NCBI GenBank assembly: GCA_965199825.1 | Contig: OZ241329.1 | Coordinates: 800,001-864,000, forward strand | Direction of reading: 5' to 3' | Length of the DNA stretch: 64,000 nucleotides | Source: Bdellovibrionales bacterium | GTDB taxonomy: Bacteria > Bdellovibrionota > Bdellovibrionia > Bdellovibrionales > UBA1609 | Shown here: positions 41,267-50,922 of the stretch, piece by piece | Numbering within the stretch: position 1 is the first letter of the stretch | Layout of the letters: each line of letters starts with the position of its first letter | Position numbers and translations under genes: made by a program | The notes under the pieces: model-generated | The model's database searches: none | What the model saw: the letters and a program-made list of their open reading frames with translations, nothing else | Told to the model about the DNA's origin: nothing

Positions 41267-41498
41267 AAATTTCTCCTGTTTTTGTGAGGAGTGTAACATG
41301 AGTTTTGCGAGTGCGTTTTTATGGATGGCGAAAATCAATATTAGTCGGTCGAATTTCACAGGTGATTTGGCTCTAGCAGCGCTTGGAGAGGTCATCGCAG
41401 CAAAAAAGTAGAAAATGTTTAGTAATCGCGATACAGGTCAAATGAGCGAGCAAAAAAACACGTCAATAAAAATATGATTCGTGGAAGATTTTAATTTG

Positions 41499-41706
41499 GG
41501 AGGCACGACAAAATCTCCGGCGGTTTTAAAATTGAGTTTGATTTAAAAACACTGGGCAACACAACTAAGCTTTTTTGATTCAACGAAGTTTCTAACATTA
41601 CTAGTTTCATCGTTTATAAAAATAATCTGGATTATTTAAGCGGGCACGACAAAATCCCCAATAATCAAAATTAAATGTAATTCTAAATCAACGGGCACGA
41701 TAACTT
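41499..41706 (+). repeat. HNH-3 leader with GGGCACGA motif copies
   Basis: AGGCACGACAAAATCTCCGGCGG (41501), GGGCAAC (41554), GCGGGCACGACAAAAT (41640), CGGGCACGATAACTT (41692). Confidence 0.8.
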
Positions 41707-41813
41707 CAATTATTTCTAGAAATCATAACCCCCCCAACCAAAGTCCTGTTCAACTCTTAGTCTTTAAGTTGTCCAACAATTTGACGATAAGTCAGAAGAA
41801 CAAGGAGACTTAA

Positions 41814-43361
41814 ATGATCAATTGGGATGAGTTTGAACACATACACGTTATTAAAAAACTTCGTCAGATTCTAAACCACTGGTGGAATATTGATATTGTT
41901 TTTACTGATGAGCGTGGTCATCTCAAGGGTTTCGATTTGCGCCAAGGTGCTTTTTGTAATCCTGCCGTCACCGCTTACCTCGGAAACGAAAATGCGCTTA
42001 CAAACTTGCAAGAAAACGTTGCAACCGCCATTGATGATCTCAGAAATTCTGGCAATCGCTATTGCTTTAAAAAATGGGACACCGCCGGCTACGATGTGGC
42101 CATCATCCCGATCATGATCGAAAATGATTTTATGGGCACTGTTGTGGCAATGGGATTTTTAAAAGACAATGATCCCACTCGTCTAAAAGATATTCATGAG
42201 CGTTTGGCAATTTTTGGTGCAAACCAAGATTTGATTCAAACTGCAGTGAGCAAAATAAAATATGTTGAGGATCAAGATCGCGAACATTTTTTAGAGCTCG
42301 TTGAACTTGTGAGCCAAGAGATTGTGACTCTTCATTTAGAGATCACCAGCCGCGAAAATCGTATCAAAGAACTCAATAAAGAATTGGGCTCACGTTACAA
42401 GTACGACAGCATGATTGGTAAATCCAAGCCCATGCAGACCCTTTACTCACTCCTTGATAAAATCAAAACCGCAGACAGCACCGTGCTGATCCAAGGTGAC
42501 AACGGAACGGGTAAAGAACTTATTGCTAAAGCAATTCACTATAATTCTGCTCGTAAAGATAAAGCTTTTGTTATTCAAAACTGCTCGGCATTTAACGACA
42601 ACCTTTTGGAGTCTGAACTTTTTGGCCATGTGAAGGGTTCTTTTACAGGCGCGATTCGAGACAAAAAAGGTTTATTCGAAATGGCCGACAAGGGCACATT
42701 TTTTCTTGATGAGATTGGTGATACTTCACCCACCATGCAAGTGAAACTTCTTCGCGTTATTCAAGAGGGAACATTTATGCCCGTCGGTGCTGTTGACAGT
42801 CGCCGAGTGGACGTAAGAATTCTTGCGGCAACAAATCGTGGATTAAAAGAAATGGTCGAAGCTGGGACCTTTCGTGAAGATTTGTACTACCGTCTAAATG
42901 TGATCAACATTCGTGTTCCGCCATTGAGAGAGCGAAAGGAAGATATTCCATTCTTGTCAGAATTCTTCTTAAACAAAGCTCAAAATGGCGAAGGTAAAAA
43001 AGTTTTAACTAAACGCGCTTTAGAAAAACTTTATGATTATGCTTGGCCAGGAAACGTTCGAGAACTTCAAAACGAGATTGAGCGAACAATCGTTCTTTCT
43101 GGTAGCGAGACTAAAATTACTGCAGACATGTTGAGTCCTAAGATACTTGAAGCCACCGAGCGTGGAAAAGTTCAGGGCGCACGCGTTCACGGTAAACTCA
43201 AAGATGCTCTCGAAGAGCTTGAGCGTGACATGATTAAAGAAGGACTTCGTCGAACAGGTTGGAATAAAAGTAAATTGGCGAAGGAGCTCGGCATCTCTCG
43301 CGCGGGTCTCATCATGAAAGTTGAAAAATACGGTCTCGATAAAAGAAAAATGCTGAAATAA
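41814..43361 (+). CDS. Sigma-54-dependent transcriptional activator with N-terminal PocR-like sensor and Fis-type HTH
   Basis: GDNGTGKELIA, ESELFGHVKGSFTGA, FLDEIGD, FREDLYYRL, WPGNVRELQN, NKSKLAKELGISR; RBS AAGGAG. Confidence 0.93.
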   Translation: MINWDEFEHIHVIKKLRQILNHWWNIDIVFTDERGHLKGFDLRQGAFCNPAVTAYLGNENALTNLQENVATAIDDLRNSGNRYCFKKWDTAGYDVAIIPIMIENDFMGTVVAMGFLKDNDPTRLKDIHERLAIFGANQDLIQTAVSKIKYVEDQDREHFLELVELVSQEIVTLHLEITSRENRIKELNKELGSRYKYDSMIGKSKPMQTLYSLLDKIKTADSTVLIQGDNGTGKELIAKAIHYNSARKDKAFVIQNCSAFNDNLLESELFGHVKGSFTGAIRDKKGLFEMADKGTFFLDEIGDTSPTMQVKLLRVIQEGTFMPVGAVDSRRVDVRILAATNRGLKEMVEAGTFREDLYYRLNVINIRVPPLRERKEDIPFLSEFFLNKAQNGEGKKVLTKRALEKLYDYAWPGNVRELQNEIERTIVLSGSETKITADMLSPKILEATERGKVQGARVHGKLKDALEELERDMIKEGLRRTGWNKSKLAKELGISRAGLIMKVEKYGLDKRKMLK

Positions 43362-43411
43362 TCTAATTTCGGCACAGACTTTGAAGAAGAGTTGCTCATG
43401 GGTAGAGTTTC

Positions 43412-44224
43412 ATGAGCAACAGATCCGACGAACTTTCATTTTTAGAGTCTCGTCTTGAACATCTTATTAATAAAAGCAAATCGGTATTGGAGCGTCGCTT
43501 TCATTGTGACGTGTCCATTTCTGAAGACAATCATTTAAAAACTGAGAATGTAAAACCTGCTGATCAAAAGCTATGCAGCGAGATCTCGGATGCCCTCTCA
43601 AAAGAGATCCTCGCACTGTATGAGCGCTACTCGGAACTTCTTGCACTAGAAAAAAACTTTGCCCATTTGATCGACGATCTCTATGGGGCAGAACCCAATG
43701 TTTTTTCGCTCACCCGATTTCGAAAACTTCGCGAAGCTGCTAAAAAGATCGACACCGAGCCAGAGAGTAAAATTTATTTTGCCGTCAGCTGTTTTATCGA
43801 TGGTAAAGATGCCGAAGAGTGCCGCAAGCTCGCCTTCGAAATGCACGTCGTCAGCCACCGTATGGCTTTTTTACCTTTTACCGACCTCCACGAAGAGGTC
43901 CGCTCAAAGCCCGAAAATTTGGTCGATATGGGTGCAATCACAATATTTATCCCAGACGTCACCGAGCTCACTGTGAGTGAGCAAAAAGGCCTGCTCGAAT
44001 ACTTTAAGGGAGCTCGCTCCAACGAGACTCCACACATCATGTCGGCGTCCTCAATTTCTTACGCTGAGTTGTTAAAAAGTCGAGTGGTCAGCACCGAACT
44101 TTTGGAGTGGTTGGGCTTAAGTGTGATTCAAATGAACAAACCTTTTAGAACTTATATGAACGATGGTTTGATTCCATTTTTGTATCACTCTCTTCTGGAC
44201 CGTAAGCTCGAAAATAAACCTTGA
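43412..44224 (+). CDS. Hypothetical protein with degenerate sigma54-activator AAA-like C-terminus
   Basis: ITIFIPDVTELTVSEQKGLL...PHIMSAS echoes the GTLFLDEIGELSL..Q.KLL...RIIAAT pattern; no Walker A or GAFTGA. Confidence 0.5.
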   Translation: MSNRSDELSFLESRLEHLINKSKSVLERRFHCDVSISEDNHLKTENVKPADQKLCSEISDALSKEILALYERYSELLALEKNFAHLIDDLYGAEPNVFSLTRFRKLREAAKKIDTEPESKIYFAVSCFIDGKDAEECRKLAFEMHVVSHRMAFLPFTDLHEEVRSKPENLVDMGAITIFIPDVTELTVSEQKGLLEYFKGARSNETPHIMSASSISYAELLKSRVVSTELLEWLGLSVIQMNKPFRTYMNDGLIPFLYHSLLDRKLENKP

Positions 44225-44255
44225 ACTTTAAACTTGAGGTTTGCGACTCTTAATT

Positions 44256-45257
44256 ATGAGCCCGCAACATCTCGCGTTTTTAAAAAGTCATTTTTCCTCT
44301 GACAATTTTCAAATTGTTCCTCTCGCCGGTGATGCAAGCTCAAGGCGGTACTACCGCATTGTGCAGGAACCAAAAACTTATGTGTTAATGAGTTGGGATC
44401 CCTTTCCCGATACTCAGAGCTATCCTTTTTTAAATGTTCGAAATCATTTTGCCCAATTTGATATTCATGTGCCCGAAGTGATTGATGTGGCCCCAGAACT
44501 TGGATTGATCTTGCTTGAGGATTTAGGTGATCTTACCCTGGAGAGAAAATTTTGGGAAAATCAGGATCAAACCGAGTCTTGGCCTTTTTATGAGCAAGCC
44601 ATCGATGAGCTTGTCAAAATCCATGGCCCCGCATCCAAAGACCGCACAAAAACCTGCGCCGCATTTCAAATCGCTTTTGATACCCAAAAATTTATGTGGG
44701 AAATGAATTACGGCAAAGAACATCTGTTCGAAAAACTCGCCCACATCAGCCTTGAGCCGTCACAAGAAAAAGATCTGCAAAAAATATTTTTAAATATTTG
44801 TGAAATTTTGGATCGCGAGCCCAAGTTTATTTCCCACCGCGACTATCACTCGCGAAATTTGATGATCAAATACGGAAAAGTTCGGGTGATTGATTTTCAA
44901 GATGCGCGTATGGGGCCTGTTCAATATGATCTGGTGAGTCTCTTTGAAGACAGTTATGTGCAATTGTCGCGCGAAAGTCGAAAGCATCTGATCAATAATT
45001 ATCTCGATCAAAATCCGGTCGATCAAACACGTGATCATTTTGATCACATCTATAAACTTCAAACCATTCAAAGATGTTTTAAAGCCTGCGGCAGTTTTGC
45101 GAGCTTTTATAATATGCGCGGCGATAAGCGCTATCTCAAATATTTAACCAACACACTCAAGACGGTGGCGCGCCAACTCAAAGAATTTAAAGAGTATCGG
45201 TTTTTTGCCCAATTGATCGAAGACAATGGACTGCTCGAAAGGTCCTACGATTTATGA
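44256..45257 (+). CDS. amgK: Anomeric MurNAc/GlcNAc kinase (APH-family phosphotransferase)
   Basis: LAGDASSRRYYR, LLEDLGD, HRDYHSRNLM, IDFQDARMGP..YDLVSL; coupled to a nucleotidyltransferase gene. Confidence 0.85.
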   Translation: MSPQHLAFLKSHFSSDNFQIVPLAGDASSRRYYRIVQEPKTYVLMSWDPFPDTQSYPFLNVRNHFAQFDIHVPEVIDVAPELGLILLEDLGDLTLERKFWENQDQTESWPFYEQAIDELVKIHGPASKDRTKTCAAFQIAFDTQKFMWEMNYGKEHLFEKLAHISLEPSQEKDLQKIFLNICEILDREPKFISHRDYHSRNLMIKYGKVRVIDFQDARMGPVQYDLVSLFEDSYVQLSRESRKHLINNYLDQNPVDQTRDHFDHIYKLQTIQRCFKACGSFASFYNMRGDKRYLKYLTNTLKTVARQLKEFKEYRFFAQLIEDNGLLERSYDL

Positions 45258-46285
45258 CCGCATTTTTATTATGCGCAGGGCTTGGAACCCGCTTTCGTCC
45301 TCACACCGAATTTATCGCAAAGCCCGCACTCCCCGTTTTAAATATTCCAACTCTTTGTTATTCGCTTTTTTTTCTCGAGCATGCAGGGCTTAACAACTTG
45401 ATCGTGAACACCCATCATTTGCCGCGGACAATTGAACATGCCATCAACACTCTTGAGCTCAACTATCCTTGCACCTTTTCCTCAGAGCAGCCAAAAATCT
45501 TGGGCAGTGGTGGCGCTCTTAAAAATGCCAAACATTTATTGCCCGATCATTTTTTATTGGGCAATGGCGATGCGGTGGTTTTGTTTGAAGATCCAAAGAT
45601 TTTTGATCAAACCGCTGAGCTCAATCAGCGCACCAAAGCGATTGCCACCCTCGTGGTTATCCCTCACCCTCAAGCGGGCAAAGAACTCTCTGCGGTTTGG
45701 GTTGAGAATGACCGGGTTGTGGGATTTGGAAGGTCAGCGCCCACTGTGAACGCCAAGCCATTTCATTTTATTGGATTTACTGTTTTTTCTAAAGATATCT
45801 TAAAATATCTTCCCGAGGGCGAATCCAATATTTTTTATGACGGAATTTTAGGCGCTATTGCACAAGGCCATCTGGCCAATGTTCATATCGTAGAATCGGC
45901 AAAGTGGTACGAGGCCGGCAACGAACATGACTACCTTCGTGCACACCAGGAGTTATTAAGTCTAATCGAAACCCATAAAGTCTTGCGCCAAATTTTGGAC
46001 CGCTTTTCTCATGGCTGGAGTAAATCAAGTCCCTACGCCGGTTTGTATTTTAATGGCGATTACACGCTAAAAGAATCCCCAAAATATGGATTGATTGGAA
46101 AAAATTGTTTGATCCATCCTGATGCTCAATTTTCGAAAACAGGATTCGTGGTTCTTGGTGATGAATGCGAAATAAAAAAACCGGTGTTACTCGATAATGT
46201 GGTGATGGGTATGGGTGCAACCACCGAACAAAAAGGTCATTTGGCCCAGACCTTTATTTCTCGCAGTGACATCAAAGGTCACTGA
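45254..46285 (+). CDS. murU: Sugar-phosphate nucleotidyltransferase, MurU-like
   Basis: LCAGLGTRFRPHT...KPALP, VNTHHL, ILGSGGAL, NGD; overlaps the amgK stop codon. Confidence 0.75.
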   Translation: MTAFLLCAGLGTRFRPHTEFIAKPALPVLNIPTLCYSLFFLEHAGLNNLIVNTHHLPRTIEHAINTLELNYPCTFSSEQPKILGSGGALKNAKHLLPDHFLLGNGDAVVLFEDPKIFDQTAELNQRTKAIATLVVIPHPQAGKELSAVWVENDRVVGFGRSAPTVNAKPFHFIGFTVFSKDILKYLPEGESNIFYDGILGAIAQGHLANVHIVESAKWYEAGNEHDYLRAHQELLSLIETHKVLRQILDRFSHGWSKSSPYAGLYFNGDYTLKESPKYGLIGKNCLIHPDAQFSKTGFVVLGDECEIKKPVLLDNVVMGMGATTEQKGHLAQTFISRSDIKGH

Positions 46286-47314
46286 CTATCTCTTTCTTGG
46301 CGTAAATCCGACGGGCTGTTTTTTGAGCGAGGTCATTGCGCGTTGGGGTTGAGCTTCGACCACTTCGATAAATTCGCCAGCCGCTCGCTTACGTTGATAC
46401 GCCCGGTGAATCATCTCAAAAATATTGTCGCCTTTGACACCAATCGGTTCACCATCAAGCAAAATACTTTTGCCCGCAATAAAGTCGGCTTTTTGTTGGG
46501 CGGTGAGCGGTTTATTAAGGCGTCTTAAATAATCGTTGAGAGCATCGTCAGAGCCCGCCGCAGATCCACCGCCGCCGCCTCCACCTTCGCCCGAATCAAT
46601 CGCAACCGGAACCACATTAGGCCCGCTATTTCCGATACGTGCCAGTGCATCCTTGGTGAGCTTATCCAATGTTGCGCCCGAGGCAGAAATCGCACCCGAT
46701 GAAAACCCTGCCGCAGCCATTGCCGCGGGGCTCGCAAGCGCACTCGCGGGCACAACCGTGCCATCGGGTGTGGTCACAGATTTTGTGACGGGATCAAATT
46801 TATAACCTTTTGAAGTTAAAAACGCGATACCATCGTTCGCCTTTTTTATTCCATCGACCGCCGCAGGAGTTAATCCGGTGTTAGGATCGACCACATTTTG
46901 CAAATCACTCGAACCCGGAGGCAGTGTATTGTCATTCCAACCCGAGGACGCATCGCCCGTTTTTCCTGAGGAGCCCGAAGCCATCAATGAAGTGAGGGCT
47001 TGCATCAACGCCATCGCCGCCATCGGATAGGCCCATGACTTCGCTGATTGATCTGTCTGAGCATAAATAATCAATCCCGCACCGACAGCTCCACTGATTA
47101 AGCCGCCCATCATTTGAGAACTGCCGCCTTGTTTTGCGCTCGAGTTAATGGCGGGTGCAGCCGTATTCGAAGCGGTGGATGCCGCCGTAGGTATTGTGGA
47201 GGTCGCAGGTGCAGCAACCGGCACAGGTGCGGTACTGACCGCACCACTATCGGTGGTCGACAGAGTGGCAAGAGCATTTTGGGATAGAAAAGCCAGTAAG
47301 ATCAAATATCTCAT
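46286..47314 (-). CDS. Secreted/membrane low-complexity hypothetical protein
   Basis: Signal peptide, A/S/T-rich region, two hydrophobic helices, poly-Gly tract, C-terminal IGVKGDNIFEMIHRAY. Confidence 0.75.
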   Translation of the reverse strand: MRYLILLAFLSQNALATLSTTDSGAVSTAPVPVAAPATSTIPTAASTASNTAAPAINSSAKQGGSSQMMGGLISGAVGAGLIIYAQTDQSAKSWAYPMAAMALMQALTSLMASGSSGKTGDASSGWNDNTLPPGSSDLQNVVDPNTGLTPAAVDGIKKANDGIAFLTSKGYKFDPVTKSVTTPDGTVVPASALASPAAMAAAGFSSGAISASGATLDKLTKDALARIGNSGPNVVPVAIDSGEGGGGGGGSAAGSDDALNDYLRRLNKPLTAQQKADFIAGKSILLDGEPIGVKGDNIFEMIHRAYQRKRAAGEFIEVVEAQPQRAMTSLKKQPVGFTPRKR

Positions 47315-47409
47315 CTGACTTTATCGGCAGATTGAGACATGTATTAAAGCGTCTCATCTTAAGACAAAATCCTATCAATATTACTATTATTTAGTAAACC
47401 GTTGTTGTT

Positions 47410-48114
47410 TTGGCACCACTCGAATACACGCAGTTTGTGACCTTATTTATGTTAACCGTTGCGGTATTTTTATTGAGTGTGGCTTATCTGCGTGAGCGCA
47501 GTCGTCATCGTCGGCTTTATTGGCTCACCCGCCAGGCAGTGCATGACCTTCGTTCACCCCTTCATGTGCTGGATGCGGTTAGCAAATTTTTGCCCGACGA
47601 CTATAAGCTGCTTTTGAAATCATCGAAATGTCGCACCCAGGATATCTTAGAGGAACTGCATCACGATTTAGTCCCTTTGGAAATGAGCTCCAATCAACTT
47701 TTGAATTTGATCAACGAACTCATTACTGAAAAAGCGGCAGCCTTTCAAAATATTCAATTCACCAAAACTTTAAATGCACATCAAAACAAAAAATATTTGA
47801 TTCCGATTTCGCAATTGAAGCGCGCGCTCGAAAATGTTTTGCAAAATGCGGTGGATTCAAAAACCAAATCAATTCATTTGTCTTGCGAAGGGAATGATCA
47901 GTCCTTGAAACTCAAAGTGGCAGACCAAGGTTGCGGCATTGGATCTCAAGATTTAATTGCGATTCTCAAAGGCCAAAAAACAAAATTAAATGGTGAAGGT
48001 TTGGGCTTAAAGCAGGTTCGCTCGGCAATAAAGCAAATGGGTGGTCAATTTAAGATTGAATCCGGTAGAGGCACCCAAGTGACTCTCGAAATTCCAACCC
48101 TTACCACCCTTTAG
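47410..48114 (+). CDS. Small sensor histidine kinase
   Basis: One TM helix, H-box HDLRSPL, N-box ENVLQNAVD, DQGCGI, GEGLGL. Confidence 0.85.
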   Translation: MAPLEYTQFVTLFMLTVAVFLLSVAYLRERSRHRRLYWLTRQAVHDLRSPLHVLDAVSKFLPDDYKLLLKSSKCRTQDILEELHHDLVPLEMSSNQLLNLINELITEKAAAFQNIQFTKTLNAHQNKKYLIPISQLKRALENVLQNAVDSKTKSIHLSCEGNDQSLKLKVADQGCGIGSQDLIAILKGQKTKLNGEGLGLKQVRSAIKQMGGQFKIESGRGTQVTLEIPTLTTL

Positions 48115-50074
48115 GTGGATTCATAATCGCACCCGGCGCTGCACTGGGCCCACCGAGCCGATTCATCTGCGAATTTAATAAATTTGGGCTCACAATTTTT
48201 ACCGAATATCCCACACGGCCACCATGGGCCACGCAAGATCCTGGAACTTTATCTTTAAACGCATCATCGGTCACTCCGCACTTTCCAAAATTGGCGATTT
48301 GGGCTGGATAATCAACCGCTCCATCTCCCGGTGCCCACGCGGTTAAAAGATGCTCGCGCTTTCGTGCAAAATAAAACGCTTGGGGGATTTGTATTTCTGA
48401 TCCCTGATTCTCGAGCATCTGGGTTTGGATATTGAACACCGGAATTTTTGGTTCGTGAGTTCCAAGATCTCCTCGAATCACTTGCGAAGATGGTATTTTA
48501 AATTTAGCGCGGTTAGCTTTGATGTACGGCAAATAATTAGACGAAAAATTGGGTTCAATCGAATAGTAGGTCATATCAAAAAGATCTGGCGCAATCGCGG
48601 CAAGCTCATAGCGGCGATAGTCCGGCATTTCATCGGTTTGATAATTCCAAGCCAGAGAATCGTTGGGGGATTGCGCACTAAATTGGGTAAAGATCTTCAT
48701 AAACCAAGCATATTTAATTCGAACCTTGGCCAAATCCTTAAATGCACCTTGTGAAAGATATGTGGTGAGCCCGTTTGTATCTCCCGGAAAGCGAGCATAG
48801 TTTGGCAATCGCCGGGTGTTTTTTGGATCATCCAATGTGCCATCCGATTTTGTGCGATCAGGAAGATTGTTGTCGGTAGGATTGCCCACCGAAAAAGTCG
48901 ATTGGCGCGGCCACTGCGATCCAAACCAAGGGCCGATGCGTCCGCCGAAGGGTTGAGCATAAGCTTTTGCTTTTAAGGTCACATAAGGCCCGATCGGAAA
49001 AAAGATTTGTCGTGGTGTGGTGGTGGCTTTAACTCCGACGTAGGCCATAAACCACGGGTTTTTTTCGACACCAATGCTGTTCGAAAAGGAATCTGTGGCG
49101 GGCGGCTCCCCTTTCATCCATGGAATTAATGGAGCTCCATTCAAAGTTCGAGGATCCATCAATTTGGATTGAGCCTCTGGTCGACTGGGAAGATCACTAA
49201 TCAGGCGCGGTAAAGCGGTACACCCTGCGCCGGCCTTAACATCGGTATAAACAATTGTTGGTGTGATTTTAATTTCGGGAAGCCACGTCGTTTTGGGATC
49301 AACACCTCCTAAGGAATTGAGCATTTCGAAACTTTGAATCGCATTGCTATTGGCAAAGGTCAGATTTTTTTTAAAGGTGTGTTGGGCCCCTTGCATTGCC
49401 GAGTCGCCATTGAGATCGATAAAATCATCGGGCGATGCCGAAAGATTTTGGGCCAAAGCATAGATTAAAGATTTTCTGTTTTCTTGTTCGAGGCGATAAT
49501 TTTGCAAGATGATCGCACCGAACCACCAATTGTAAGCCCCGAACACATCGCAAGCCGCATTAAAGGCGTTGATCAGTTGATTCGACAATGCCGAAACGGT
49601 CGCATTGATTCCGATAAATCCCGCAATGACGGGCACCGCCGGAAGTGGCGGAATACTTAAGCCCGGTTGATTGCACAAATTTTGATCCTTGGCGACTTCA
49701 TCCCAAGTGGGTTTATAATTCACACATAGCGCAGGCCTTGATGCAGCAAGATAGGGGGCCTCATCAATTTTTCCGGTCCAAGCGGGATGGACTGAAGACG
49801 AACTTTGCCGATCAAACCCAAGTGTTCCAAGCACTCGGTAACGAAAAGACAAAAGCTTCCAAGCTTGGCGAATTTGATAATTCACATGGGCAATGGCATT
49901 GAGATGTTCGGCTTGGCGTTCGGCCGCATAGTAGGCCGCAAGATCAACCGAATTTTGTAGATTGATTTTGTCGTGCACCACAAGCGCCACATTGAGAGTC
50001 ATCGCAAAAAGCACAAAAAGAACTTGAAAGATCAGGGCGATAAAGATTGCGGTTTGCCCGCGTTGATTATTCAT
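48101..50074 (-). CDS. Tad/Flp pilus assembly TadG-like pseudopilin domain protein
   Basis: Prepilin-like start MNNQRG|QTAIFIALIF, then KINLQNSVDLAAYYAA (Tad domain); start at 50074. Confidence 0.8.
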   Translation of the reverse strand: MNNQRGQTAIFIALIFQVLFVLFAMTLNVALVVHDKINLQNSVDLAAYYAAERQAEHLNAIAHVNYQIRQAWKLLSFRYRVLGTLGFDRQSSSSVHPAWTGKIDEAPYLAASRPALCVNYKPTWDEVAKDQNLCNQPGLSIPPLPAVPVIAGFIGINATVSALSNQLINAFNAACDVFGAYNWWFGAIILQNYRLEQENRKSLIYALAQNLSASPDDFIDLNGDSAMQGAQHTFKKNLTFANSNAIQSFEMLNSLGGVDPKTTWLPEIKITPTIVYTDVKAGAGCTALPRLISDLPSRPEAQSKLMDPRTLNGAPLIPWMKGEPPATDSFSNSIGVEKNPWFMAYVGVKATTTPRQIFFPIGPYVTLKAKAYAQPFGGRIGPWFGSQWPRQSTFSVGNPTDNNLPDRTKSDGTLDDPKNTRRLPNYARFPGDTNGLTTYLSQGAFKDLAKVRIKYAWFMKIFTQFSAQSPNDSLAWNYQTDEMPDYRRYELAAIAPDLFDMTYYSIEPNFSSNYLPYIKANRAKFKIPSSQVIRGDLGTHEPKIPVFNIQTQMLENQGSEIQIPQAFYFARKREHLLTAWAPGDGAVDYPAQIANFGKCGVTDDAFKDKVPGSCVAHGGRVGYSVKIVSPNLLNSQMNRLGGPSAAPGAIMNPPKGW

Positions 50075-50149
50075 TGATTCTATTTTGACCGAGCTCGGTG
50101 GCAGGGAGAAACTGAATCTTTGATTGCACCTCGACGAAAGTAGGTACGA

Positions 50150-50896
50150 ATGCACATCCTTTTGATATTTTTGAATCTTTCAACCGCCCAGGTTTTGTTC
50201 GAGGGGTATTCAAAAATTTTGGTGGATAAAAAACATTCCGGCTTTAGCGTTCAACGTTATGAGTTTGATAAAAATAAAAAACAAATGAACGCATTTGTGT
50301 TTACCCGTTTGAATCCGCAAGGTGGCAACACCACCGAAACCTTGCATGCCACCGTAAAGGAAAATTTTTTTCCTGTTTCGTTTTTTTATTCTTTCAAAAA
50401 TGACAGCGGCTCAAAGACCATCGACGGCAAAATTAAAGATAAAAAAATGCAGATCAAAATATTTGAAAAGCAAAAGACCAAAACACTGATGCTTCCTCTC
50501 GAAAAAGGCATTTTCTTATCTAGTTTTTTAAATTACTTGATGCTGCAAGAGGGCTATTCGGTGGGAAAAAAACTGAGCTACAAAACTCTAGCCGAAGAAG
50601 AGGGTCAAATTGTTGAGGGCAAGACCCTGATCGAAAAAGAAGAGAATTTTGAAGGAATTTCGGTTTTTCGGGTTCAAAACAATTATAAGCATCTCGAATA
50701 TTCAACCTTGGTGAGTCTTCGAGGCGAGATTTTAAAAAGTTATTTTTCGGATTCAAAAATCGAAACCCAGCTGGTGAAGACCGCATCTGAGGCGACCAAG
50801 GGCATCCCCTATTCAAAGGCTGAATTGGTCTTACTGTTCGGGAGAGAACCTCTCGGAGACAAAAATATCCTTTTTAACCCCAACGAAAGCCCTTAA
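50150..50896 (+). CDS. Secreted hypothetical protein
   Basis: 248-aa ORF with a short signal peptide; beta-rich. Confidence 0.65.
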   Translation: MHILLIFLNLSTAQVLFEGYSKILVDKKHSGFSVQRYEFDKNKKQMNAFVFTRLNPQGGNTTETLHATVKENFFPVSFFYSFKNDSGSKTIDGKIKDKKMQIKIFEKQKTKTLMLPLEKGIFLSSFLNYLMLQEGYSVGKKLSYKTLAEEEGQIVEGKTLIEKEENFEGISVFRVQNNYKHLEYSTLVSLRGEILKSYFSDSKIETQLVKTASEATKGIPYSKAELVLLFGREPLGDKNILFNPNESP

Positions 50897-50922
50897 CTTT
50901 ATTTTTTAGCCATGCTCCAATT

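Noticed and set aside
41267..41395. 43-aa N-terminal extension of HNH-3 in the ORF track
   Set aside because: Paralog alignment and the AACAGGAG RBS place the start at 41266.
43369..43386. Sigma54-like promoter CGGCACAGACTTTGAA upstream of 43412
   Set aside because: The -24 GG spacing fits but the -12 position is GA rather than GC; too weak to call without data.
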